From Flavobacteriales bacterium (GTDB lineage Bacteria; Bacteroidota; Bacteroidia; Flavobacteriales_D; Crocinitomicaceae): a stretch of DNA of 47,992 bases. The DNA lies in the NCBI GenBank assembly GCA_947453795.1, contig CANGIC010000001.1, positions 1 through 47,992 of the forward strand, given 5' to 3'. Of the stretch, positions 1 through 9,221 are shown piece by piece. The notes beneath the pieces were generated by a model. That model did not search any database. It worked only from the letters and a program-made list of their open reading frames with translations, and was not told where the DNA came from. A program made the translations under genes and the position numbers. The number at the start of each line of letters is the position of its first letter. Within the stretch, counting starts at the first letter, position 1.

Positions 1-2
1 AA

Positions 3-326
3 TTGCTGAGCGAGACGCGTGCTTTGCGACTCATCTATGACGAATGTGCTATTCTGATGTGGGGAGATGGACTAAAAACAGCCAAAGAATTCGAAGCCCT
101 CCCTGGAATTAACGGTCGCTTGGGGATTGTTGAATACTCACTGTACGACAACACGGCTGGAGTAACAAACGCACAACGCAGCAATAAAGCAATCGCTGAG
201 GAAGAATACATGATGTTACGCACCAAATTTGATGAATATCTAAAACGACTTACAGCCCTTGAAAAAATCCTTGATGGCCTGCAAATCCCATATGTGAAAG
301 GCAGAGAGAGTTGGAAAGAAGACTGA
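3..326 (+). CDS. Hypothetical protein, C-terminal 107 codons only (5' end outside the window)
   Basis: The frame is open from the left edge to TGA at 324-326. The leading M in the ORF track is an edge artefact (TTG). I recognise no family motif. Confidence 0.4.
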   Translation: MLSETRALRLIYDECAILMWGDGLKTAKEFEALPGINGRLGIVEYSLYDNTAGVTNAQRSNKAIAEEEYMMLRTKFDEYLKRLTALEKILDGLQIPYVKGRESWKED

Positions 327-327
327 T

Positions 328-644
328 TTTAGTTATGAGTTACGAATTATGAGTTACTAGTTAAATCTGGTTGCTCCGCCGTAGCGGACACGTCAGGTGC
401 TTTAGTTACGAGTTACGAATGACGAGTTACTAGTTAAATCTTGGGACTCCGCCGTGACGGACACATGAGGTGCTTTAGTTACGAGTTACTAATGACGAGT
501 TACTAGTTAAATCTGGGGACTCCGCTGTGACGGACACATGAGGTGCTTTAGTTACGAGTTACTAATGATGAGTTACTAGTTAAATCTGGGGACTCCGCTG
601 TGACGGACACATGAGGTGCTTTAGTTACGAGTTACTAATGACGA
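328..644. repeat. 73-bp tandem repeat: 4 full units (328-400, 401-473, 474-546, 547-619) plus a 25-bp partial unit (620-644)
   Basis: Read directly from the sequence. The consensus unit is tttagttacgagttactaatgacgagttactagttaaatctggggactccgctgtgacggacacatgaggtgc. Units 3 and 4 differ at 1 position, units 2 and 3 at 3 positions, and unit 1 is the most divergent. The AT-rich half of each unit is made of AGTTAC(G/T)-type heptads. The GC-rich half holds a short hairpin, tccg-N6-cgga, which is tccgc-cgta-gcgga in unit 1. Confidence 0.95.
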
Positions 645-673
645 AAATCTTGAAGACCTTTGTCTTGAAATCC

Positions 674-699
674 AACTCGTAATTCGTAACTAGTAACTC
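674..699. repeat. Inverted partial copy of the 73-bp repeat's AT-rich module
   Basis: The reverse complement of 674-699 reads gagttactagttacgaattacgagtt. It matches acgaattatgagtt (343-356, 1 mismatch) and gagttactagt (351-361) of unit 1. It lies immediately 3' of the stop of the minus-strand gene at 702. Confidence 0.8.
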
Positions 700-701
700 C
701 C

Positions 702-2330
702 TTAGTTTTGTTTCACCACGCGTTGCGTAAAGTGATGTGATTCGCTTTTTAGAATGTACACACCTGAAGAAAGCTGACTGATATCAATTTGTGTCTTACC
801 AGGATGATTTACAGTTGTTGACATCAAGCGGCCATTCAAGGAATAAATTGAAATGGTGATGTCCTCTGCCATCGTATTTGAAACGGTCAAGACATTCTTC
901 GCTGGATTTGGATAACAAGAAACAAATTGATTATCAGTATCTTCAACATTCAGAACCAAGTCTCCTAGAGCGAAAATACCATTGGTCATAATCTCAAAAT
1001 TGGCACCTGAAACGGTTTGATTTCCAGCCATTGTGATTTGATGATCCGTCAGTTGAGGAATATAAGGCACATCAATTTTAAGCGTATAACTGCCAATAGG
1101 AACATTGGTAAACTGATAGCTGCCATTCACATCGCTGTAGGTGAAAGCAACCGTTTCGTTCGCGCTATTGATCAGTTTTATCAAGGCATTTTCAAATGGT
1201 ACAGTGGGTGCATGCAGAAAGTTGGTATCGATAGTAATTGTCCCTCCGATCACTCCGTCCCCACTCAAAGGTGTTAAGGTGGTTGAATTGATGTTACCAC
1301 TATTGAAGAAACATGGAATGCCAATAACTGAAGCTGTTGACCACGTATCTCCACTCGTATAGTACAATGGTGCAACACCAGGGAAAGTAGCTGGATCTGG
1401 CGTAAAACGAATGTGATACATCCCTGTTTCTAAGCTATCTGCATTGTAGGTTCCACTGCTTACCACTAACGTTTGAATGGGCTGTGCTAAAAGTGTATCT
1501 CCAATGAAATTAAAAATCTCCAAGGTTCCCGATGCAGGCAAACCATTCACCGTCAGCGCACCACTCACGTTGGAATACGCATTCTGTTCGTCCAAGAAAA
1601 TAGCTGAATCAAAAGCACTGTCGCTGACATCTGCAATCACCAACTTGATGTGGTACGTTCCACCCGCTTGCGCAAAAAACTTTGCTTCCAAGGGAACCGT
1701 GTATCCATCAAAAACGAAATTTAAACTAGTGCTGTTATCGATGTAGTATTGTGCATTCATAGTCGCATTGATCGAATTAATCTCCACGGGAATTATTGTA
1801 CTTGGAATTGTTGCCACATTGACATAAGGGGCACCATTTTCAGAAATCAAGAATAAAAATCGATCGGTAAATGAAGTGTTTGCAAATTCAGGATACTCTT
1901 CTGAAGCTAAGATGTAGTTAAACCGAACGGTATCTGAGGATGTCGGTGTGAAATCAAACTCGATGAAACCTGCATCATAACTTGGGTAAGATTGTCCGGC
2001 TGCAGCCCCAAAAGCATCAATATCGACATCTCCAGGTGTAATCAGCGTCGTTGAACTGAATGCTGTGCTGGGTTGACTTCCACCACTGACAAGGCCTGTA
2101 GACATGACCAAACCACTATTCAACCCAATGTTGCTTCCAAATTCAAACCGTCCAATTTGATCTGTGGCTGCCGTTACTTGCACATTCGAAATCGATCCAC
2201 ATTGAATCCCGAAAATATTGGCAATCATCATGTCAATATTCGTCACCGGAGCAAATTGAATGGACTGTTGTGCTCGGGATGTGAATGTTGAAGAAATCAG
2301 AAGGAATCCAGCAAGAAAGCTTTTTTTCAT
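702..2330 (-). CDS. Secreted T9SS cargo protein: choice-of-anchor-L-like N-terminal domain, carboxypeptidase-regulatory-like Ig domain and a C-terminal T9SS sorting domain
   Basis: A signal peptide, MKKSFLAGFLLISSTFTSRAQQ, begins at the ATG at 2330; the track's longer ORF to 2381 is an upstream extension. Motifs seen are GLNSGLVMSTG, PGDVDID, DAGFIEFDF and ILASEEYPEF. The C-terminal tail is YPNPAKNVLTV...LSSGVYILK. Confidence 0.8.
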   Translation of the reverse strand: MKKSFLAGFLLISSTFTSRAQQSIQFAPVTNIDMMIANIFGIQCGSISNVQVTAATDQIGRFEFGSNIGLNSGLVMSTGLVSGGSQPSTAFSSTTLITPGDVDIDAFGAAAGQSYPSYDAGFIEFDFTPTSSDTVRFNYILASEEYPEFANTSFTDRFLFLISENGAPYVNVATIPSTIIPVEINSINATMNAQYYIDNSTSLNFVFDGYTVPLEAKFFAQAGGTYHIKLVIADVSDSAFDSAIFLDEQNAYSNVSGALTVNGLPASGTLEIFNFIGDTLLAQPIQTLVVSSGTYNADSLETGMYHIRFTPDPATFPGVAPLYYTSGDTWSTASVIGIPCFFNSGNINSTTLTPLSGDGVIGGTITIDTNFLHAPTVPFENALIKLINSANETVAFTYSDVNGSYQFTNVPIGSYTLKIDVPYIPQLTDHQITMAGNQTVSGANFEIMTNGIFALGDLVLNVEDTDNQFVSCYPNPAKNVLTVSNTMAEDITISIYSLNGRLMSTTVNHPGKTQIDISQLSSGVYILKSESHHFTQRVVKQN

Positions 2331-2380
2331 AATGAGGTAGTTTTTAGTCAGACGCGTTGAATCACTGTTTCGTTGCCGCA

Positions 2381-3115
2381 TTATTTCAACAACAGACCAA
2401 CAACAGTGAATAAGGCGATGGCAAAGATGGCAATAAGTACAATAAAGCGAAACCGTTCTTCAGAGATTTTGGTCAGAATTTTCTTCCCGATTAATGTTCC
2501 AATGACACTAATGACAAGTAAAATGGCAATGTATTTTAAGTCATGCCAATGCACAAATCCATTGGAAAAATAGATCGCCCCTCTGCTCAAGTCCACCCCG
2601 AAATCAATCACTGCAGAGGTTGCAATGAAGACCTCTTTGGTCAAGCCAAATGCAGCGAGTGTCATGCCACGAATGGCACCACCCGTTCCCAATAGACCTG
2701 CCACAAAACCAGACACGACGCCTCCTGCGATGGAATTAATTTTTGTCGGCTTAAAGATTTTGTCACCAGCAAACATGAAAAATGCACTGAAAAGCATTAA
2801 AAATCCCGCTAATCCGAGTTCCAAGTAGGTTGAATTTACAAACTTACTCAGCAAGGCACCGATACTGACAAAGATGACTGCTGGTATACCCAAGTAGAGC
2901 ACCAGTTTCATGTCAAAGCCCTTTCTGAAAAGAAAAATCTTGGAAATATTGCTGAACAAGTGGAAACAGGCCGTAATGCCTAGGACAGAATGAAAGTCAA
3001 AAAAAAGAGATGCTACCGGCACAAAAAATACGGACGAACCGAAACCGCTTATAGTTCCTGCAATCTCCGCGATGAGGGCCAAGACTGTAAAAATGATTAC
3101 ATCATCCCAAACCAT
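2381..3115 (-). CDS. TSUP (TauE/SafE) family anion exporter, integral membrane protein
   Basis: A 244-aa polytopic protein with glycine-rich helices (GTISGFGSS, GLLGTGGAIRG) typical of the TauE/SafE family. Confidence 0.75.
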   Translation of the reverse strand: MVWDDVIIFTVLALIAEIAGTISGFGSSVFFVPVASLFFDFHSVLGITACFHLFSNISKIFLFRKGFDMKLVLYLGIPAVIFVSIGALLSKFVNSTYLELGLAGFLMLFSAFFMFAGDKIFKPTKINSIAGGVVSGFVAGLLGTGGAIRGMTLAAFGLTKEVFIATSAVIDFGVDLSRGAIYFSNGFVHWHDLKYIAILLVISVIGTLIGKKILTKISEERFRFIVLIAIFAIALFTVVGLLLK

Positions 3116-3145
3116 TTCCTTAAATTTCGATTAAATCAACACCGC

Positions 3146-5593
3146 TTATTCGACCACAATGGGCTCATTGACTTTTTCCTTTGTCAAGGCAATTTCAATG
3201 ACCTCGCGCATACGTGTCACAAAATGGAAAGTCAATCCTTTCAGGTAATCGGCCGAAATTTCCTCAATGTCCTTTCGGTTCTTTTCGCACAGGATAATCT
3301 CTTTGATTCCTGCACGCTTCGCCGCGAGTATTTTTTCTTTGATTCCACCCACTGGAAGTACTTCACCTCTCAGGGTAATTTCTCCCGTCATGGCGAGGTT
3401 CTTTTTCACCCGATATTGCGTGAATAATGATGCCAATGAGGTCAACATAGTAATTCCAGCGCTTGGTCCATCTTTCGGAGTAGCGCCTTCAGGCACGTGG
3501 ATATGCACATTGTAGCGATCAAACACTTCCTGCTCTAAGTTCAACCAGGAGCTGTGTGCTTTTAGAAATTCGAGGGCAATGACTGCTGATTCTTTCATCA
3601 CATCTCCCAAATTCCCAGTCAAGGTAAGTTTCCCTTTCCCTTTGGTTATGGATGATTCGATGAATAAAATGTCTCCACCTACGGATGTCCAGGCCAAACC
3701 TGTGACAACTCCAGCCACCTCATTGTTGTTGTATTTTGTTCTGCCACGTCCAGCACCAAGAATATCAAACAATTGATCCACAGCAATTTTTGGTTCATAG
3801 GCCTCGCCCATGGCGATTTGACGCGCGCGGAAACGAACGATTTTGGCTACAACATTATCCAATCCACGAACACCCGACTCGTTGGTGTATTCTTCTATCA
3901 CCTTCTCAAACACCTTTTTATCTATGGAAATATCTTGCTTTGTAATCCCATGCGCTTCAATTTGCTTGGGCATGAGGTGTCGTTTAGCGATTTCCATTTT
4001 TTCTTCGATCGTATATCCATTCACCTCGATGATTTCCATACGGTCTCTCAATGGTCCTTGGATGCTCGATAAGCTATTGGCAGTTGCGATAAACATCACA
4101 CGAGAAAGGTCGAATTCTGTCTCCACATAGTTGTCATAGAACGCATGATTTTGTTCGGGATCAAGCACTTCAAGCAGCGCTGAAGAAGGATCACCATGGT
4201 TTCCACGTCCAATTTTATCAATTTCATCAAGTATAAAAACGGGATTGGCGGATTCCGCTTTTTTCATGCTTTGAATCACACGACCAGGCATTGCGCCGAT
4301 GTAAGTTTTTCGGTGACCACGAATCTCGGATTCATCGTGCAGTCCGCCCAAAGACATACGGATGTATTTTCGCCCAAGTGCCTCAGCAATCGATTTTCCA
4401 AGTGAAGTTTTACCTACTCCTGGAGGACCATAAAAACAAAGAATGGGCGACTTCATATTGCCTTTTAACTTAAGCACAGCCAAGTATTCTAAGATACGTT
4501 CCTTCACTTTTTCCAAACCAAAATGGTCACGGTCTAAAATTTTCTCCGCGCGCTTCAAATCCAAATTGTCCTTGGAATAATCGTTCCATGGCAAGTCCAA
4601 CATGACATCGAGGTAGTTCATCTGCACCGTATATTCAGGCCCCATTGGATTCATCCGCTGCAACTTATCCATTTCCTTGTAGAAAATTTTCGATACCCGT
4701 TCGTCCCACTTCTTCACGTAAGCACGGTCGCGAAAATCGCGTACATCCTGGTCTTGCGGGTTATCGCCCAACTCATCTTGAATGGTTCGCATTTGTTGCT
4801 GCAAGAAATATTCGCGTTGTTGACGGTCCATGTCCTTGCGCACCTTCGTTTGAATCTCGTTGCGCATCTCCAACATTTGCATCTCAATCGTCAAATGTTC
4901 CAATACGAGAAGCACCCGTTTCTTCATGTCCAACTCCTCCAGCATTTCTTGTTTTTTGGCCACATCAGCGTTCATGTTTGACGCGATGAAATTCACCAAA
5001 AATGTTGGACTGTCAATGTTTCCAATGGCAAATGAAGCTTCGGAGGGAATGTTTGGACTGTCGCGAATAATTTGAAGTGCGAGGTCCTTGATGGTGGTGA
5101 ACATTACCTGCAACTCCTTATTGTCCTTATCAAATTTCTTATCCTTCAGTGTGCGGACTTGGGCACGCATGTACGGTTCCGTTTGCAGGGGCTGAACAAT
5201 TTCAAAGCGACGTTTTCCTTGTATGATCACTGTGGTACTTCCATCGGGCATGCGCAGCAGGCGAACGATTTGAGCAACAGTTCCAATATTGTGTAAATCC
5301 TTGAATTCTGGGCTTTCTTCTTCTTGATCACGTTGAGAAACCACACCGATAATCTTCGATCCTTTGTTGGCATCTTGAATCAACTTGATGGATTTATCAC
5401 GCCCCACTGTAATTGGAATGACTACACCCGGAAAAAGCACATTGTTTCGCAAAGGAAGAATCGCCAATTCATTCGGAAGCACCTCATTGTTCATGCTTTC
5501 TTCCTCTTCCGCTGTAATCAACGGAATAAACTCTCCTTCTGCCTCGCTAAATTGGTTCATGGCCATTACATCGCCATTGAAAAAATCTTCCAT
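3146..5593 (-). CDS. lon: ATP-dependent Lon protease (endopeptidase La)
   Basis: 815 aa with Walker A GPPGVGKTS, Walker B FILDEIDK, the catalytic Ser motif PKDGPSAG and the Lys in GGIKEK. Confidence 0.95.
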   Translation of the reverse strand: MEDFFNGDVMAMNQFSEAEGEFIPLITAEEEESMNNEVLPNELAILPLRNNVLFPGVVIPITVGRDKSIKLIQDANKGSKIIGVVSQRDQEEESPEFKDLHNIGTVAQIVRLLRMPDGSTTVIIQGKRRFEIVQPLQTEPYMRAQVRTLKDKKFDKDNKELQVMFTTIKDLALQIIRDSPNIPSEASFAIGNIDSPTFLVNFIASNMNADVAKKQEMLEELDMKKRVLLVLEHLTIEMQMLEMRNEIQTKVRKDMDRQQREYFLQQQMRTIQDELGDNPQDQDVRDFRDRAYVKKWDERVSKIFYKEMDKLQRMNPMGPEYTVQMNYLDVMLDLPWNDYSKDNLDLKRAEKILDRDHFGLEKVKERILEYLAVLKLKGNMKSPILCFYGPPGVGKTSLGKSIAEALGRKYIRMSLGGLHDESEIRGHRKTYIGAMPGRVIQSMKKAESANPVFILDEIDKIGRGNHGDPSSALLEVLDPEQNHAFYDNYVETEFDLSRVMFIATANSLSSIQGPLRDRMEIIEVNGYTIEEKMEIAKRHLMPKQIEAHGITKQDISIDKKVFEKVIEEYTNESGVRGLDNVVAKIVRFRARQIAMGEAYEPKIAVDQLFDILGAGRGRTKYNNNEVAGVVTGLAWTSVGGDILFIESSITKGKGKLTLTGNLGDVMKESAVIALEFLKAHSSWLNLEQEVFDRYNVHIHVPEGATPKDGPSAGITMLTSLASLFTQYRVKKNLAMTGEITLRGEVLPVGGIKEKILAAKRAGIKEIILCEKNRKDIEEISADYLKGLTFHFVTRMREVIEIALTKEKVNEPIVVE

Positions 5594-5644
5594 CTTTTTT
5601 TTATTAAAATCCCCCTAAACACCGACAAAGTGTCAGTAATTCAC

Positions 5645-5652
5645 CAAATCTA
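5645..5652 (-). promoter_or_regulatory. Candidate -7 promoter box (TAGATTTG) for lon
   Basis: Exact TAnnTTTG on the minus strand, 51 nt upstream of the lon ATG. I saw no convincing -33 TTTG. Confidence 0.4.
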
Positions 5653-5743
5653 TTTAGTGTGTACCGAAGAAACTCACTATTTATTTAGGCCGCCCTCATT
5701 TGTCAAAGGAAGTGCCATCGACGAATTCGGAAAAAATGTCGTA

Positions 5744-6880
5744 TTAATTGTCAGCAAGATACTTTAAAATGGCAACTTCTTCAGGAGAAAGTGTTTTGCC
5801 GCGACGTGCCATCATGTTATTGGCATATTCAATGGCCTTGTCGAACTTAAATGGAACAAATTGATTTCCCCCACCCCAACGAAAGGAAGGGACATACTTA
5901 TCTGGAAAATCGGCGCCAAACACATTTGTAGAAACCCCGATAACAGTGGCTGTGTTGAACATGGTGTTGATCCCACACTTGGAATGGTCGCCCATGCAAA
6001 CGCCCATGAATAAGGCATCCGTTTTTTCTTCTTTTTGGGTTTCAAATGAATAGGTACTTACTTCAGCGTAATTGTTTTTTAGGTTCGATGTGTTTGTGTC
6101 AGCGCCCAAATTGCACCATTCACCGATCAAGGCATTGCCTAGAAATCCATCGTGACCTTTGTTGGAATAGGCCTGAAAAACAACATTATTGACTTCACCT
6201 CCCACCTTACAATGCGGACCGAGGGTTGAAGGTCCATATACTTTAGCCCCAAGTTTCAATGCACTATGTGCACACATCGCCAATGGACCACGAACAAGCG
6301 ATCCTTCCATGATTTCGGCATCTTTCCCAATGTAAACAACACCCTCTTTCGTATTGATCACAGCGGCCTCAATCACAGCCCCTTCTTCGATAAATATTCT
6401 TGACACCTCGCCAATCAGGGTATTCGTTTTAGATAATGTCTGTGATTTTCTTCCTGCGCTTAGGAGCTGAAAATCTTGCTCGAGCACTTGACCATTTTTC
6501 TGATAGATGTGCCATCTTTCTGACAGAATAACGGGAACTTCTCCTGTGAATTGAACATGAGCACCTCCACCATTGCCATTGCTTCCGATCCAAAGCTCAT
6601 CCATGAACAACATTTCGCCATCGGTCAATCCAAGCAAAGCGGCGACAACATCCTCATTCGGAATTACTTGCGCATTAACAGTAAGATTTGGTGTTTCAAA
6701 TCCAGGAAAACGGGTTGACAAATAACCTTCAGTGACATACGCAATTTCCGCCTTAGGCAGGTAGGTTTTCCAGCGTTCATCGTTGGTCAAAATCCCCATA
6801 CGCACATTGCCCAAAGGACGCGTCAAGGTCAATGGTGCGAAACGCAGATGCATGCCGTGGTCATCAAGAAGGATCTTCAT
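5744..6880 (-). CDS. GlmU-family / sugar-phosphate nucleotidyltransferase-like protein with a left-handed beta-helix (hexapeptide) C-terminal half
   Basis: 378 aa. The N-terminus, MKILLDD..LRFAPLTLTRPLGNVRMGILT, resembles the Flavobacteria GlmU-family proteins. Hexapeptide-like repeats follow (GAVIEAAVIN, GKDAEIMEGS, GAKVYGPS). Confidence 0.6.
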   Translation of the reverse strand: MKILLDDHGMHLRFAPLTLTRPLGNVRMGILTNDERWKTYLPKAEIAYVTEGYLSTRFPGFETPNLTVNAQVIPNEDVVAALLGLTDGEMLFMDELWIGSNGNGGGAHVQFTGEVPVILSERWHIYQKNGQVLEQDFQLLSAGRKSQTLSKTNTLIGEVSRIFIEEGAVIEAAVINTKEGVVYIGKDAEIMEGSLVRGPLAMCAHSALKLGAKVYGPSTLGPHCKVGGEVNNVVFQAYSNKGHDGFLGNALIGEWCNLGADTNTSNLKNNYAEVSTYSFETQKEEKTDALFMGVCMGDHSKCGINTMFNTATVIGVSTNVFGADFPDKYVPSFRWGGGNQFVPFKFDKAIEYANNMMARRGKTLSPEEVAILKYLADN

Positions 6881-8381
6881 ACGCTGAAATTAATGTAGTT
6901 TTTTTCGAAATGAGCGTTAAACCAATAAATGTGAGTAAACCATTCAAAATCAACAGTTCATTACCGAATTTATAGCCATTTAAAAGGGATTCAGAATGTT
7001 TATCCAACCAATAACACGCCAGTGGAACAAGAAGACACACCACAGGTACAAACCATTCGTTCAACTTACGTTTGGTGAAGATTCCAAAGGAGAACAAGCC
7101 CAAAAGTGGTCCATAGGTGTACCCTGCAATGGTCAGAATGAGTCCGATTAAATCCGTGCTTGGATTGGCATCGACATACCATTTAGTGAGCAGAATGATC
7201 CCCAAGAATAAAAGTGAGAAACCGATGTGCACGAATAGCTTCAAGCGCTGACGCTCCTTTTCTTCACGCTTATGGAAATTGAGAAAATCGATGCAAAAAC
7301 CAGTTGTCAGCGCGGCCAAGGCACTATCCGCTGAGGCATAAGAGGATGCTGTAATGCCCAGCAAGAAGAATATTCCCGCAATCGTACCAAAGTTGTTCAG
7401 GGCTAAAGTTGGGAATACATGGTCGGTCTTCACATTCTCACCAGCCATCGGCAAGTCAACTCCTTTCGCAGCAGCATAGACGTACAAGGCGCCACCGAGC
7501 AGTAAAAACAAGAAGTTCGTCACCACCAAAATTGTGGTAAAGGAATACATGTTTTTTTGTGCATCGCCAATCGACTTACAGGTTAAATTCTTTTGCATTA
7601 AGTCCTGATCGAGCCCGGTCATGGCGATGGCGAGAAACATACCTCCAAAGAACTGCTTCGGAAAGAAAAGTTTGGAATTGGGGTCGTCGAAGAAGAAAAT
7701 TTGTGTCATCGAGCCGCCGGAAGTTGTTTTTGTTTGACTGATCATCTTGTACAATCCAGAAAAGTCAACATGTAAAACATTGGCAATAATGATGGTACAA
7801 ATAACTACCGCACTTACTAGAAATAGGGTTTGAAACGTATCCGTATAGACAATCGTCTTGATTCCTCCTTTGAAGGTATATACCCAAATCAAGGCAATGG
7901 TAATCACAGCTGTCAGCCAATACGGCACATTTAAATCCTCAAAGAGAAACAATTGCAGGACGATTGTGGCCAGATAGAGTCGTGTCGCCGATCCGAGTGT
8001 GCGTGATAGAATAAAAAATGCAGCTCCTGTTTTGTAGGAAACCACGCCAAAGCGGTCTTTTAGGTATTCATAGATCGAAGTAACATTCAAGCGATAATAA
8101 AGTGGCATGAGCACCTGAGCAATGACGATGTACCCAATGACATAGCCCATAACGATTTGAAAATAAGCCATTCCTTCGGTGAGCACCTTTCCTGGAACGG
8201 AGATAAAGGTCACTCCAGAAAGCGAAGCGCCGATCATTCCAAATGCCACCAAATACCACGGACTTTGCTTGTTTCCTGTAAAAAAAGACTCAGTATCTGC
8301 ACCCCGAGAGGTCAGCCAAGAAATAAAAATCAAGACAGAAAAATACGCAACAAGGACAGAAATGATAATGGAAGTGCTCAT
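6864..8381 (-). CDS. Sodium:solute symporter (SSS) family transporter
   Basis: Polytopic membrane protein of about 505 aa counted from MSTSIIISVL (ATG at 8381; the track ORF extends to 8426). Its 3' end overlaps the downstream GlmU-like gene by 17 nt. Confidence 0.8.
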   Translation of the reverse strand: MSTSIIISVLVAYFSVLIFISWLTSRGADTESFFTGNKQSPWYLVAFGMIGASLSGVTFISVPGKVLTEGMAYFQIVMGYVIGYIVIAQVLMPLYYRLNVTSIYEYLKDRFGVVSYKTGAAFFILSRTLGSATRLYLATIVLQLFLFEDLNVPYWLTAVITIALIWVYTFKGGIKTIVYTDTFQTLFLVSAVVICTIIIANVLHVDFSGLYKMISQTKTTSGGSMTQIFFFDDPNSKLFFPKQFFGGMFLAIAMTGLDQDLMQKNLTCKSIGDAQKNMYSFTTILVVTNFLFLLLGGALYVYAAAKGVDLPMAGENVKTDHVFPTLALNNFGTIAGIFFLLGITASSYASADSALAALTTGFCIDFLNFHKREEKERQRLKLFVHIGFSLLFLGIILLTKWYVDANPSTDLIGLILTIAGYTYGPLLGLFSFGIFTKRKLNEWFVPVVCLLVPLACYWLDKHSESLLNGYKFGNELLILNGLLTFIGLTLISKKTTLISAYEDPS

Positions 8382-8464
8382 TTGTTCAGTTATGCAGTTG
8401 AAATTAGTATTAAAAATCAAGCACATGGGTTCAAGTACATGCTATCTTTTGTCAAAGGTAATTT

Positions 8465-8472
8465 TATCTTTG
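8465..8472 (+). promoter_or_regulatory. Candidate -7 promoter box (TATCTTTG) for the 8489 gene
   Basis: Exact TAnnTTTG, with 16 nt between its G and the ATG at 8489. Confidence 0.55.
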
Positions 8473-8488
8473 CAAAAACGACAACAAC

Positions 8489-9010
8489 ATGGATGCCTTG
8501 CTTCAGATTGCTTTAATCATTTTCCCTGCGGGAGGTGTATTGCTCACAACGATTTTTTTCCTTCGTCGGGAAACATCAAAAGAATTTCGATCTGCGCAAA
8601 TTGAGTTGAAAAAACAACGTCAAAAATACTTTTTACCAAGCCGTGTAGAGGCCTACCAACGCTCGGTACTTCTGATGGAGCGCATTCATCCCAACAGCTT
8701 GGTGATGCGTTTGCACAATCCTGGCTTGCCTGCACGGGCCCTACAAGCTGACTTTTTGAAAGCCATTCGCGAAGAATACGACCACAATGTCGCACAACAG
8801 TTGTTTGTTTCTCCTCAAGGGTGGCAGATGGTGAAAAACTCAAAGGAGGAGACCATTAAAATCATCAATATCGCCGGAAATCAAATGACGGCCACCTCAA
8901 CGGGAATGGATTTATCGGCGAAGATTTTTGAAATCGTGGCTGAAGTCGGTGAATTACCAAGTGAAATCACCGTGAATTTCCTCAAAAAAGAATTGCAAGA
9001 CTTATTCTGA
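8489..9010 (+). CDS. Hypothetical protein with an N-terminal transmembrane helix
   Basis: 173-aa ORF with its own promoter box. It is the only plus-strand gene between minus-strand neighbours. I recognise no family motif. Confidence 0.6.
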   Translation: MDALLQIALIIFPAGGVLLTTIFFLRRETSKEFRSAQIELKKQRQKYFLPSRVEAYQRSVLLMERIHPNSLVMRLHNPGLPARALQADFLKAIREEYDHNVAQQLFVSPQGWQMVKNSKEETIKIINIAGNQMTATSTGMDLSAKIFEIVAEVGELPSEITVNFLKKELQDLF

Positions 9011-9011
9011 C

Positions 9012-9221
9012 CTAGGTCATTCGAACAATAATGTCATCTATTTGAATGAGATCTCCGGGAATTAACTTAGCCCGTTTCCTGTATTCAATCTCTCCATTTC
9101 GTGTGACCTCACCCCCTTCAACAATGTGCTTGGCATGTCCGCCCGTTTCTGCTATCCCCAATGCTTTAAGCAATTGAATCAACTCAATGTATTCCCCCTC
9201 AATCTTAAAATCACTTTCCAT
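9012..9221 (-). CDS. S4-domain RNA-binding protein (YbcJ-like)
   Basis: 69 aa counted from MESDFKIEGEYIELIQLLKALG...GGEVTRNGEIEYRKRAKLIPGDLI, which fits the small S4 fold family. The ATG at 9221 overlaps the meaB stop by 11 nt. The track's longer ORF is an extension. Confidence 0.65.
   Translation of the reverse strand: MESDFKIEGEYIELIQLLKALGIAETGGHAKHIVEGGEVTRNGEIEYRKRAKLIPGDLIQIDDIIVRMT

Noticed and set aside
328-644. The 73-bp array as a CRISPR array or a tandem tRNA/small-RNA gene array (the unit length resembles a tRNA)
   Set aside because: The units abut directly, with no unique spacers and no cas genes nearby. The units lack tRNA hallmarks: there is no GTTCRA T-loop box and no acceptor-stem complementarity.
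5324-5767. A 147-aa plus-strand ORF antisense to the lon 5' region, and the many other 60-145-aa antisense ORFs inside lon, the SSS transporter, meaB, hutH, hisS, lpxD, menD and other genes
   Set aside because: All lie within strongly supported genes on the opposite strand. Their composition is typical of antisense frames, and they have no motifs and no promoter boxes.
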